Shown: positions 37,419 through 49,992, numbered from the whole stretch's first letter. The stretch: 59,525 nt of DNA, filler included, from Sphacelaria rigidula (GCA_964200075.2; 10 parts of 10 records of this genome joined end to end with filler, not necessarily neighbours in it); one strand, 5' to 3'. Translations and numbers: made by a program. The notes: generated by a model not told the origin, from the letters alone.

Positions 37419-37604
37419 GTTGCACCTGAAGCCTCCTCCGATCATGCCGTGCAAAGACGCGTGGACCTTATTTTCCATATCGGTGGCCCATTCTGAGACA
37501 GTGTCACACTCGTCGAACACCCGTATAAAAGTGTCGCATTTGGTGAACGCTGCTTCTCCCTTCATACCGCAGTATGAGTGCGTTCGGGTTACACCGGGGG
37601 ATCT
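37419..37604 (-). CDS. Tyrosinase-family protein, internal exon with the first CuB histidines
   Basis: TTGCAG|RSPGVTRTHSYCGMKG..MENKVHASLHGMIGGGFRCN|GTAAGT; H...H..IGG motif; 62 codons, phase 0-0. Confidence 0.92.
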
Positions 37605-38799
37605 CTGCAATACAAAACAAAGCAAGAGAAAAAAAAAAACGTATACAAGACGAAAAATCGCGGTACAGTACGAGCGGTCAATAATACAGTACGTGACACG
37701 TCGACACGTGCTTTTCTATTCACTTTTTCCCATCTATTTCGTTTTTGTTTGTGAGACTTCTCACTCTTCCAGTCCAGTACGTTCCGTACATCTTCCCTTG
37801 TCCATGTTTCCTCTTCCTCGAGTTTCCTCCAGAGAGCGTTCTCGTCTTGTTTTTTTACCCGTACGCCCATCTCGTCAGCACAGCTGAACCCCTCCGGGAT
37901 CAAGCACAGCATTATCGAGGCAAAGTAAAAGAAGTGAGAAACGTGTAACAAACTCCCAAGGGTGTGATGGGTAGGGTAAACACCCAGGTATTTTCTCTCC
38001 CGAATTTTGTCTTGAGATGGTCCCATCTCGAAACTTTACCCAAATATTGGGTAAAGTGAAGTACAAACACATTTCTCTACCCAGTATTTAGGCATTGTTT
38101 AGTACGATCTCAATCCTCTACCCGAAGTTTGGGTGCTCAGAGCATGAATTCTACACCTACCCAAGAGTAGGAAATAAAGTACCCAGCACACCCTCGCAAG
38201 CTTTCAAAAGTAGGTGGCCGATTGGTCGCCGGGCGGGTCTACGGCTGCGGTGACTTGTGATTGGTCGCCAATAAATGTTCGCCGTAACCATAGACCCGCC
38301 CGGCGATCAATCAGGCAGCTACTCTCTGGACACTGGTTTCGTTCTACGCTTATGTTTCTCGTCTTCATAGGACACGTCCTCAATCACTTCACTTGCGACA
38401 AACATCAACCTGCTCAGCCAACCAAATCATTCAAGGTACATGATAGTTTCCCCGGTACAAAAGCACCATGCTCCTTCATCCTCACCTCGGCGAGATTCCA
38501 AAATCTTGGGCATCTTACTGACGGGGATCATCTCTCAGACGAAACCTCCAGTGTTTCTGGACAGTTCCTCCTTTTCCCGAAGAATGTCAGAGCAGATTTT
38601 TGCCCCACCGCGTAAGGTAATGAATCAATTTGAGACTGGCGACAGACTTCTCCGAAAATCCATCATCAGATTTTTTTTTCTAGATCTTTTGGGGAAACGT
38701 CGGGAAAAAAACATCAATTTTTTCCGCAACAGCCGAGAAAATCTGGGGGGAAATGTCAGCAGCCCTTGACAACACCCCCTGCACACACGCTGCACTGCA

Positions 38800-39270
38800 G
38801 GATTCCTGTCAGTAACGATGAACTGGCAAGATGGGCGTCCAAGAGTTACAGTGCGATGTGACGTTCCCGTGTGTCACTCAACTCCAGGAATCCAGTGCCT
38901 TGCTTCATACCATCAAAACTGCAAAACAAGGCGGACCACAAGATGCCAAGAGTTCAAGTGGCTCAATTTCAATATACAGTAGCTGGGCGTTCCAAGCGTC
39001 GGGATTGCATTTTTCATCTCCCGTCTCACTTTCAACTTCTCTACATAGGCCTATATACTACGAGATAGATAGTGGCCACAGACGGCGAAACAGGAAGGGG
39101 ATAGGATGTCCACGAGTACAAAGTTCTAGCGCTGTGTATTTAAGAAACGTAAAGAGCACCGAGATGTTGAAGGTGTCTCCATTAGGAGTAGGGACTGTGC
39201 TCCGTCTCGAAAGGGATGTGTGATCAATCGTCAGATGACTAAGGCAAGCAACAAATGGGTGCGCCCCTCC
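38800..39270 (-). mobile_element. Probable solo LTR of the Gypsy family, inside a tyrosinase intron
   Basis: 39195-39268 is the reverse complement of GGGGCG.AC.CATTTGTTGCTTGCCTTAGTC..CATCCCTTTCGAGACGGAGCAC; the far boundary is approximate. Confidence 0.7.
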
Positions 39271-39327
39271 TCCTCGAGGTGGTCATTTTTCGATCGTACA
39301 ACAGCGGTGGAAGAGGAAAATTTCATC

Positions 39328-39719
39328 GGTATACACGTTACACGGGACGCTTCACGTGACAAATTCGAAAAAACTCAACTTTGGGTGATTTAGCGCTACT
39401 CAACGTTTAATTTTTTCAATGGGACAAATGTAACGTAACGTGATGTAACGTGCGGTCCTTTGCACGAATCCTGACATAGCGTTTTACTTTCCAAATGTGA
39501 CGAAAACTCTTCGTTTTTTCGTGAAATTGTAACGTGTCACGTGCCACGTTAAAAATTAACAAAAACAACTTTTTTCAACATCTGGAAAATCCCAAGAGAC
39601 ACTGATTGAAGGTCCACACGTTGCATCACGTTACGTTACATTGTCCCGTCCAAAAATCGAACCTTACGTTGCGTTTTCCCCGTTTTTTTCAAATGTGTCA
39701 CGTGTGTAACGTGTATCCC
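39328..39719. mobile_element. Fold-back MITE with ACGTAACGTG-rich inverted arms
   Basis: GGTATACACGTTACACG..GGGACAAATGTAACGTAACGTGATGTAACGTG is mirrored by CACGTTGCATCACGTTACGTTACATTGTCCC..GTGTAACGTGTATCCC. Confidence 0.8.
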
Positions 39720-40073
39720 TGGAAAATTCCGATCTGATAAGTCGTGATGTCAACAAGATGTCGATAGTTGAAGTCACGACCTATTAGATCAGAACTTTCC
39801 TTTTCCACCATACGCTTTCGGTAAAAAAAAAACGTCTCAAAACACACCCTGACTTTTACTGAATGAGGCATCCATGAAAATAATTTCACCGTCAACTCGA
39901 GTTGATTAAACAATACGTCATCCACAAACGGTTCATACGGCGACAATAATATTCAGATTTACTGAGAGACACGCAGTTTCCTTCAATTGAGTGATTGCTA
40001 TGTGCAGTCCTTGCTACTTGTTTCCTCAGATGCGCTAGCGACCTCTTCTGTCACCCTCCAGTGTTTTTCTCAC

Positions 40074-40269
40074 CTGGAAATTATACCCGGCAGTCATGAA
40101 GCCGTACGGGTTGTGGTTTGCGTCGATCCAGCTTGGGAATCTGTCGCCGGTGGGATCGTAGACACCGGATATTCCAGCAAACCAGCCGTCGGAGATCTGG
40201 TAACCGTTTTCCTCTTTCCCGAAAGCCGAGCCGAACATATCGGAGCCAAAGATTTTGCTCGAGGGCCAA
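40074..40269 (-). CDS. Tyrosinase-family protein, internal exon
   Basis: CTGCAG|(T)WPSSKIFGSDMFGSAFGKEENGYQISDGWFAG..NHNPYGFMTAGYNFQ|GTGAGA; the phase matches the preceding exon (GA+T = Asp). Confidence 0.9.
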
Positions 40270-40286
40270 CTGCAGAAACAATCATT

Positions 40287-40290
<4 letters not shown>

Positions 40291-40333
<43 letters not shown>
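40291..40333. repeat. (AC)n microsatellite just upstream of a tyrosinase acceptor site
   Basis: About 21 AC units. Confidence 0.95.
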
Positions 40334-40335
<2 letters not shown>

Positions 40336-40860
40336 GAAGGGAGGGACGACCAAGAGTGACACGGAGATACCAGACAAGAGTCGGAAAGACCACGTCTCTT
40401 TTTTGTTTTCAGTTATTCCTGTGTGTGGGTATTACAACATGGAAAGGAAAAAATCCCACCAGAGTCCCAAGAATCAGCTTTTCACAATGGCGATATCAGT
40501 GTGATAACCCTTACCCTTCAACAGCAAGTCCCGGGTTCGGATACTGGCTACTGCGCCACCAACGCGACGAGGAAAAATAAAGTCACCGAAAAGGTTAAGC
40601 GGGCATCGAAGAGTCGTGAAAATGGTGGAAGATCAAATACCTGGTTGGTGATTTCGAAGTGTTCACATCTACAACCTCACGGGAACAGTCTTTCATGGAC
40701 ATTGTTGGCTAGGCCAACACACATGAATGATTTTGTTGAAAAAGGAGTACACCCTCGCTGCAAGCCGGCGAGGATGGATTGGTACACCTACAAACCTTTT
40801 ATCGTCAAGAGAACGTACGAAGAGCTCATGACACGAAGGGTGTAGTGTGGGTACCACTTC

Positions 40861-41168
40861 TTTTTTTTTCCCCACACTTTGAACCCCTCCTCTTCCTCGG
40901 GATGAGTCCGTGGTCTCAAGGGATCGATCAACCCATCTCTCCCCCGGTACGTGCCTTTGATTTTGATCTCGCGGATTGGATCAGCAGTCCCACAGCGCGT
41001 CAACTCACGTCACACAAACTCAGTCGACTACTTTTGTTTACTCACGTTCTCACGCTTTCCACGGTGGAAATCATACAATGAGAAGAAAAACCGAACGCAT
41101 CGGGAATCGAACCCCCGTTCTCCCCAATCAAATGGCGACAGTCGGACCATTACACCACCGGGGCACGG
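40861..41168 (-). mobile_element. tRNA-derived SINE, family 1, apparently full length; 3' part also at ~29245-29347(+)
   Basis: Minus strand: A-box TGGTGTAATGG (41147-41157), B-box GGTTCGATTCC (41103-41113), body CCTTGAGACC.CGGACTCATCCCGAGGA, A-rich tail. Confidence 0.8.
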
Positions 41169-41343
41169 CGGCTATCCCACTACACAGAAAAAAAACAAAA
41201 TCCACGACTGTCCGTCAAGGAATCACCTTTTCACGGAGTTACAAATCCATAGAGCAAAAATTGAATCGAAACAGACCGGGCCGGACCGGAAAGAGAACAA
41301 AAAAAGAAGAGGGAAAAAAGTTGTGTGTGAGTGTTTGGCTTAC

Positions 41344-41489
41344 TCCGTGCCGTAGACATCCGCGTCAACCATGAAATCCCAGAAAGCCAGAGAGACCCTC
41401 GGGTTGATCATTTGCAACGATCTCTCCACCACCATGTCGAACGCCGCGTGCCCGGTCAAGAATTGTAGGCCATTGTGGTAGCAGAACGT
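41344..41489 (-). CDS. Tyrosinase-family (type-3 copper) protein, internal exon with the CuA region
   Basis: AAACAG|TFCYHNGLQFLTGHAAFDMVVERSLQMINPRVSLAFWDFMVDADVYGT(GA)|GTAAGC; matches H.G..FL..H...E..LQ.I.P.V.L.YWD. Confidence 0.92.
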
Positions 41490-44400
41490 CTGTTTGTGAG
41501 ACACGCCGTAACAAACCAGTGTTTTTAGCACGAGCAAAAAGAGCGGTGGTGAAAACAAAGGGAAGGGTGTGAGGGGGGAGGGGGGGCGGCGGGGGGGCGA
41601 AAAAATGCACGAGAACCGCGCCGCGGACAAAGCAACAGGNNNNNNNNNNNNNNNNNNNNNNNNNNNNNNNNNNNNNNNNNNNNTTAATTAATTAANNNNN
41701 NNNNNNNNNNNNNNNNNNNNNNNNNNNNNNNNNNNNNNNCCCCAACTTCATCGATTTATTTTTTTTCCAATGTGGATAACTGACCAGGGGATGTTCACGC
41801 ACAATCCCCCCCCCCAACCTCATCGATTTTTTTTTTCCGATGTGATACCTGATCATATACAAACGCTGTCCGATGGTCCACAGTGCCCAGACGACCCGTT
41901 TTGGGCCATATCATACCAACCTTGCTTGTATTCCGTTTTTCGGGACCTTGCTTATAAAACCGCCCAGAGGGAGTATAAAATTGAGATGCAAACTATGCGA
42001 CGTTCGACAAGCTTCGTTTAAGACTGCGTGTTTTTTTTCTCGCGGCGAGTAATTTGTGACGTCATTTCACTTTGTGGCGTGCCATCAGGTGCTGCTTCGT
42101 TCTGTACGGTTGTGCACAATAGGCAAATTTATCTTTCAACGGCGAGTACCCTTCATGTATTGAGTTGCAGAGGGCGAGGCCACACATCAACTTCGGCTGT
42201 TGTGTCCGAGGGTTCCAGCGGACAAGCCAAGGCGCGAAGAGCGATAATTGTTTTGGACTACGCACTGACTATGAACGACCAGTTCGGCAGAGCCACGATG
42301 TTTCAAGTGATTGCCTGTACACTATGCAAAAAATATATAAACCGTGCGATTTGCGCCAACTTGCATCTTCGACCAAATGCTATTTTTTGGCCGCAATCAA
42401 TGTCATGATATTTGCTGTGGTGGCGATCCGCCATGTGCTACCCTGTGCCGTGGGGATGTGCACAAAGGACAACCTCGCGTATCACGAGCGAACACCTTTT
42501 CATCCCTTGACTTGTAGAGCACAATTTCACAGATGAAAATACAGATGTCTTGTGGCAGACGGTTTCGACACAGAACCCAAGGCGTCTAGAGCGATTTTTA
42601 TTTTGGATGATGCACTGGCCATACTGCAGAGAACATGTCAGCTATGCGACTTTAGCAAACTTGCTGTTCAAACAGGACACTATGCAGGCGGGAAGGAGCG
42701 CAGTCGGTGACTCACCAATTCACCTCATTTTGTGGAACGTCGCCCCCTCCCATATCACCATCCATATCGTCTCTGCCGGCCTCACAACTTTTTTTGTCAC
42801 GTTTGTCCAACTTCGTCCCTCACGAGATGTTGAAATTAGGGGAAAATTGACGTTGATTATGTCGATCTGGACAGAGTGTACCAGACCGTGCCCGAGCGAC
42901 TGACAAGATGTGATTTCTCCCACTCATGCCGTGACCCTGACCCCATGGGTCCCATGAAAAATTCACTCTCCAATCCCGCAGTCACAGCAATGTGTAGGAC
43001 ATGCAGCGCGCAGCTAATCCGCACAGCGTGAACCTCTTGATCGGCAATACATCAACATCATTCTCAATAGTTTCCACATGCACGACGCTACTACACATGG
43101 CCTCCAAATTTCCGTACTTTCTCCTTGTAGCACCATGTCAGGCACGCCTTTCACTGCAGTTGCGTTGGTGTATGGCGGCCACAACTGCTGCCGTTCGTGT
43201 TCTTGTCTTGTTATCTTCGCAATGGCGGGTAAACGTGGGGTGGAAGCTCGGGGTCGTGTGCTTCCCGAGTAGTACAGCAGCTGGACACTAGCACACCAAG
43301 AGTTCCCACCCACTGATGTGGAGCGAGTTATCCGGAGGAACAACATCATCTCAACACCGACCACTCATAGGCTTGAAGATATGTACTATATTTACAGTAC
43401 ATTGCATATGAGCCACGCCGTTGATTTTAGGTGACGCGTGTATTTCCTAGTGATTTGATTCGCCCGATTACGGTCCAGTCCTTACGCATACAGTACAGCG
43501 TTCGCGATTCAGTTTCCCCAAATATAATACCCAGAATCGGCCCACATTCCCACTCATAACTGTAGTGTACCAGTAGTAGTTTGCTTTGTGCTCCTTGTTG
43601 GATGAGACGCCACTCGGAACAAATCTAGATACGCCCCGGACGTATCGTGAAAACACTTTGTTGAATTGGGGCCCGGTATAACGGAACAAGGAAAGTGAGA
43701 AAGCGCGGCGAAAGGGAGAGTGATTCCGGCAGTTGTGGTGAAAAAAAATGTTCCGCCCTTCCGATTGGTTGAGAGCTGAAGGGCAACCAGGTGCGAGGGG
43801 GCGAGCGCAAAAAAAATCCAAAACCGCCAGTATCTCTCTCACTCTCACGGCGCGCTCTCATTTATCTTGTTTCGTTTAATCACGGCCTTATTATGGAACA
43901 TGGCAAAAATGAGGGTCTTCGGTTTCGACAGCGGTCGGTGGGATACGTTTTTGGCTACCGACCAGTGACATGCGCTATAAAACTCTCGAGACCAAGTTGC
44001 CAAAGAACAAAATTGTTCAAGGTCTTCTGAGATGTACCGCCGCTGCGCGTTGTTACCGCGAATATACAGTACTGAAGGGACGTCTATGATGGTGATGCTG
44101 GCCACGCAGAGTGTTCCGTCTATCGAAGCACGTCAATACGCACGGCATTCATTACGGCCTTCCGTTATCAGGAGTGACAGATCTGCAGTTGGTGAGATTA
44201 TCGTGCTGGACAGAGGTCCGCGACAGGCGGACACCCCTCATATACGATAGCTCAAGCAAGATATGTGCACTACTTCACTAGAAGGTGATATAAATTTCGA
44301 TATACGAATTCTTGCTGACACTCTCAGTATTGTAAGTATAGCTATTGCGCATCGTCTGCTGTGTGTTTTAGCCTCACCTTCGCAATTGCGTGCTTCCTCT

Positions 44401-44864
44401 TGCGGTGCCGCTGGGTGGCGCATGTGATGTCGATGACCATGTTTTGCGCGTAGCAAGAAATCATTTTTGTACTAACTGTTATTGTTCTCAAACCCGCAGT
44501 CAAACATGTATATGTTACTGTCCATCACTGTGCCAGAGATCCAAACTTGAATCATATATATCCATAGCAGGCCACTAGCACGACTCCCGTGTTTTCAAGA
44601 GATGTACATTGTACATTTCTCGGGCTCCGAAAATAGATAACCGCAAGGACAATAGACACATGGCGAAAGGAAGACGACAACAAGAGCCATATGACATGAT
44701 ATATGATCGGATCACCACGAAGAATGTTTACTAGAGCATGACTTGATCATAATAATTTAAGGGACTGCGAAGGAGCGTTCTAGCACGACTCTGATGTTAC
44801 AAAGTACTCAAGAGTCCCGTGGACATAGCCCTATTACTCGCAGGGTACATCCCTTCGAGGAAGT

Positions 44865-44984
44865 ATGTCATACGTCAATCCAGACACCAAAAAGAAAGCG
44901 GCCGGAGGAGGGATGAGTGCAGCAGAGCCACGCAAGATTTTGAAATTAGATGAGGATGTTGTCAACAGGATTGCAGCAGGCGAG
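44865..44984 (+). CDS. MLH1: DNA mismatch repair protein MLH1 (MutL homolog), first exon; start codon at 44865 or 44913
   Basis: PRKILKLDEDVVNRIAAGE|GTGCGG is the MLH1 N-terminal signature I..LDE.VVNRIAAGE. I did not see the next exon before the contig ends. Confidence 0.88.
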
Positions 44985-45612
44985 GTGCGGGAAGTTTACG
45001 TGGCGTGTGTAGGACACGCCATCGAAAGGGCTTGTCTGGTGAATGGAGTTTCGCCTTGCACTGGCCTGTGGTATTATATCGTTTTGCATTGTCCAATGTG
45101 GGTAGGTTATGGCTCTTCTTCCTTCGTCGGTCGAGGGGCGTCCTGGTCACAGCACGGTACATAAACTGTTCCGAAAAATAGGTCCATAGCGCCAAAACAT
45201 GATTCCTGCATTATTTGAATTTCTAAAATTTTGCCGCTATTATTCTCTGGTACGAAAATATTTTAGACGTGCCCGAGCATTTTTCTTGCACGACATTTGG
45301 GGCAAACACGCTACAACTACGCAAGTTCATGCGTGGAGCGACGAGCAGTACACAGCGTATGTGGGTACACATTCGAGCGGATCGGGCTGTACAAGGAACT
45401 TCTTGTTTCTGTTCTGCCTCGCCATCCTCTCTCTGCGTCACATGTCACAACAGTACTGCAATTGTTTTGTATGGCCCACGTCCTCACCGCGATCACGGCA
45501 TGCACTGGGGGCAATAATGTGTTGAATAGCTGTACATGGGGACGATTTCCCCCAAATATTATAGAAGGAACTCAGCACACATTTCACAGCAACTGTACTA
45601 TTTTCCCTCTCC

Positions 45613-45718
45613 TTAACCCTTGAACCACGAGATTAGTCTTTCTGGATCATGCATACTTTTTTTTACTCCAAATTGATGCCGATTCAACAGAGGACTAACC
45701 TCGCGGTCTAAGGGGTAA
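45613..45718. mobile_element. piggyBac-like MITE in MLH1 intron 1
   Basis: TTAACCCTTGAACCACGAGATTAGTCTTTCTGGATCATGCA..GACTAACCTCGCGGTCTAAGGGGTAA; close match to 23426-23543. Confidence 0.8.
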
Positions 45719-48236
45719 GGTGTTGTTCCCTCAGGTGACGCTGTGTATAGCCTGTACGTAGTATAGTATACCGTACAGACAGTGTACTCACCACCTCTGC
45801 AATACCACCCGCGGGCAACAAGTTTTGGAATAGGTTACCTTTGGACCATGGGGGTGTCTACAGTATTGTACGGGTGTACGTGGCGATTTCCCCCCCCCCC
45901 ACCACCGTCCCCCATCATTCCCCCCCAGTACCGCCCCCGTGCGATAATTTTTCGGGCCCGGAATATTCATCGCCAAGGCTTCGTACATGCCGTCTCCTAC
46001 GGAACTACCCGTGCCCCGCCACACTGGTCACTGTCACTTGTCACAAGTCCGATCCCCTACACTGTACGAGTGTCAAGTAATTGCACTGCATCAGTAAAAT
46101 GTGCTATAGTGCGGGGTCCTCCCATAGTGTAGTCATGCCGGGCTGACGACCCACCGCACTATGCTGATACCTGCACTGTAAAAAATCGTGCCCTCTATGT
46201 CGTAGACGTCAATTTTTTGCCGAGCTCCGCATCCGCTGCTGTTGTAATGGTCCAACAATATCTAAACCTTTCCTGGCCTACAGTTTTTCACCAAAACGAT
46301 GGGCATTCAAAAGCTGGACGCTTTTGTTCATCATGGTTAATTACCATGATAAATGTAGGTGGGAAAAGGACAAACATGTATATCCCACGTGCATGCGCTT
46401 TGAGACGACACTGTCCACTCATGTCTGGGCAAATACGGGTGTCCAACGAGGTACGCTTACGTGGACTCCCGTCTCCCGTTTAAAAACTGCAGCGTTTCCT
46501 GGTAAAACAGGCTGCTGCTCCATCGTGCTGATACCGCTGCGAAAAATCCTACTTGAAATACCCTTTAAAGTAAGCACATTAGTTTTTCAAGGCTTTATTA
46601 ACGCTTGGGAGATACAAAAGGGCAACTTTCAATCGACACCGTTCTGCAGCACGGATGGGATTTCGAACCCATCGACACCACGCCAGGTGTAGAGAAAAGT
46701 AAGGGACAGACCAAAGTAGCGGCTGCAGTAGACCCCACCCCGTCTATTCCCACTCAGTCATATTCTTTTCGCAAGCTTCGCTCTTCAAAGCCTTTCTAGT
46801 CCAAGTCCACGTCGCGTCCCTGCACGTGCCGTACCCCTACACCGCGTGAGAAGCTGCAGCCTTCACACACGCCCATCTTCCGGGGTTGGATACGCTACAC
46901 CCGCCGTCCAGAGCCCGGACTTATGTGTGTGTTGTGTTGTCGTCCCATCTATTCTGGGCGCCAGTCTACCCCTTTCGGGATATGTGGGCGCATCAGCCGG
47001 GGTCACACAGGAGGAAGGTCAACAATGGAGCTTTTTCTTTAATACCCTACCTTCCTTCTGCGTTGCTTGCCTTTATTTTTTATCGCGAAAGGGGTCCAGC
47101 AGTCCCTTTCCCTCGTCGACCGTTAAGTCGAATTTTGTGTACCCACGACATAGTCGCTATCCACTTATACAATAAGAAAAGGGGGATTTATGTTCTATAT
47201 ACGTACGGTACATATTGCTCAGATGTGGAAAACACCGGTTTCCGCTGTATAAGCTGGTCAACCTCCTGCACGACTCATGATCCTCGTCGGTTGTAATTTC
47301 CCTTAGTCGTTTGACCGTTAAACACGCACCCCTTCCGAGACGGAGCGGGGGGGTGGACCCTTAGCTCCGTCTTAATTTTTTTGTTCCGGTATTGTGGGGG
47401 AGGGCGGGGAGCGCACTGTCTGACCAAGTTTCCATCTACCAAGAAATCGTCAATATCGTAGAGACGCGCAAAAGAGACCACGTGATGATACATTGCTCAA
47501 TGTTGTTTGCACAGGTCTGCCTTTGAACCCCCCCCCCCCCCTCATAATTCGGACCCCCGATGGGGTTGGCGTCGCTTGGCGATGACGCTGTAAAACACGC
47601 CNNNNNNNNNNNNNNNNNNNNNNNNNNNNNNNNNNNNNNNNNNNNTTAATTAATTAANNNNNNNNNNNNNNNNNNNNNNNNNNNNNNNNNNNNNNNNNNN
47701 NGTGCTACGTGAAGTGAAAGACGCGCGTCGATTTGCAGATTACCATGATGTGTCATAGTAGGCACACCTCGCGATAGATCGTCAGTTAGAACCGGCTGAA
47801 GGAAAGTCCGCTTCTTAGGCGGCCCAGCCTGTACGTTGTACGCATCCTGCGAAGACCGATGGAGACGCATCTCGTCACCACACTCGAAGTGACAAGCTAC
47901 GAAATAATCACGTGATGTGTTCACTTGTCGCCTGTCCCATGTCGAGGAACTCGTGTCCGAGGGCAACGACAAACGAAAAACTGACACTTTATTGATGAAT
48001 GGTCGTCACACTGATTGTCTCGCATGAGCCGATCCGCTTCGAATCCAGCCGAGTTCGCAAGATGGGTACAGCCCAGGAAGCAAGGTGCAAAAAAGGAAAC
48101 ACACGAAGGGGTGGAAATTGAGTGAATGCACTGGAGTAAGACAAGATGAATGAAGTAGATAGAGAAAGTACGCAACCAAAACACACAAAAAATAAATGGG
48201 AAGCCAAGAAGAGAAAAAAACAAATACGTCGGCTTC

Positions 48237-48683
48237 CCACCCAGGCAATGAGATCACTAAGAGCTTGCCTCTGTCCTCTGTCCGGGCACGCCCGGAGGAT
48301 AGAGAACACCCGCTCTATGCAGCATGACGATGGCTGGACTAGCGCCAGGTCCATCGCCACGCTGTGTCAAGCTGGCGAACGGCTCCTATTGTCCCTCCAA
48401 AACGTGAATAGGTCGTATTCAGCATCGATGTCGGTTGTTGGTTGCCGCTACGCGATATTCGTCCCTTTCGATGACTAGCTTGTTCGCAATGTCATTCGTC
48501 ACACACGGAAACACCGTCAACGCGCTGATGTCGTCTTTCGTGTACACGTGTTGCTTCATGTACGTGGAGTTCGCGAGCTTGGCAGCTTCAAGTAGTTTTA
48601 TGTTTGTCGCCTCCGAGCAGGTCTCCTGGTACCCAATGCGATCGTTGGCGTACGCGGGTACCTCGTGTACTCTATCCTACATT
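48237..48683 (-). pseudogene. hAT transposase C-terminal (dimerisation domain) fragment, left arm of the hairpin
   Basis: YDLFTFWRDNRSRSPA*..MDLALVQPSSCCIERVFSILR matches the hAT 'FW......P.....A..L.....SS...ER.FS' motif. Confidence 0.85.
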
Positions 48684-48702
48684 ATGCTTCGCAGGAGATC
48701 AG

Positions 48703-49160
48703 AATGCAGGATAGAGTCCACGAGGTACCCGAGTACGCCATGGATTGCATTGGGTACCAGGAGACCTGCTCGGAGGCGACAAACATAAAACTATTCAAAG
48801 CTGTTCACGTACATGAAGCAACACGTGTACACGAAGGACGACATCAGCAGGTTGATGGCGTTTCCGTGTGTGAAGAATGACATTGCGAACAAGCTCGTCA
48901 TCGAACGGGACGAATATCGCGTAGCGGCAGCCGACAACTGACGTCGACGCTGAATACGACCTATTCACGTTTTGGAGGGACGACAGGAGCCGTTCGCCAG
49001 CTTGACACAGCATGGCGATGAACCCGGCGCTAATCCAGTCATCGTCATGCTCCATTGAGCGAGTGTTCTCTACCCTCCGGGTGTGCCTGGATAGTGGACA
49101 GGAGCAAACTTTTCGTGATTGCATTGCCGTGGCTGTGCTCATCAAGTACAACAGAGGGCG
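48703..49160 (+). pseudogene. hAT transposase C-terminal fragment, right arm of the hairpin
   Basis: YDLFTFWRDDRSRSPA*..MNPALIQSSSCSIERVFSTLRVCLDSGQEQTFRDCIAVAVLIKYN. Confidence 0.85.
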
Positions 49161-49558
49161 ATGTGGTCAGATTTTATACCGTACGGTACATTGTATGTGT
49201 TTATGTTTTGTATCGTGTGCTTTCATGAAAACGTTTTTCAGACGTGCGATCGATCAGGCTGGCAGTTTGAATGTCAGTTCCAGCTCATACACGTGTTTCA
49301 GACCCGCGGTCGATGATAGCAGAGTTCTCGCCCGAAATATCACAGCAGGCCAGCATTTAGACCAGTGTTCCCACCCCTACAGTGAAAAATTATGCTCGAT
49401 TATGCTACTTGCTGAAACGTTATGCTATTTATGGTACCAAGGTGGAATTATGTCAGGAATTATGCTGGCATAATAATGAGGATCCTAATGGATACACTCC
49501 CCGACCCTGCCAACCTGTCTTGTTTGTGAACGTTTTTTACTGATTCTCGTTTTGTTAG

Positions 49559-49688
49559 TCCGAGGTAGATGGAGGCGGTTCCATGTTCTTGTTTGTGGTG
49601 AATATTCAGCTGCCGAGGGCGTTCACTAAGGAGACGTGGGCGGCGTCGATTGTGTTGTACTGGGGTGTTCCGGAGGAGGCGTTGGCAG
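49559..49688 (+). CDS. EDR2 C-terminal (DUF1336) domain protein, internal exon
   Basis: TACTGAT branch point, TTTTGTTAG|SEVDGGGSMFLFVVNIQLPRAFTKETWAASIVLYWGVPEEALA(G)|GCGAGT; FLFVVNIQLP..SIVLYW is typical of EDR2_C. Confidence 0.82.
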
Positions 49689-49992
49689 GCGAGTTATTTC
49701 GGCCGCCAAAAGGATGCAGAACACAGAGTTTCATCAATACAGAACATGGCAGATTCTGATGTGGTTGAACAAGTGGCTCATTTTGGAGTAATACGTTCGC
49801 ATGTGCGTATGGGTGTTTTGTTGTTTGTTGTTTGTTGTTTGTTGTTTGTTGCTTCTTGTTTTTTTGATCTGTTCGGGGACCAGCCAAGGAACGAAGTCAG
49901 TCAACCAGGTTGTCTAAATCTAAACACTTTTTTTATACATCCGCATCATGTTAGCCATGTGCATAGTTATAATTACTTCTTATGGTGTAGAG

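Noticed and set aside
41093..41168. Functional tRNA gene
   Set aside because: A and B boxes are present but the acceptor and anticodon stems pair poorly, and it runs into a repeated body with an A-tail, so it is a SINE head.
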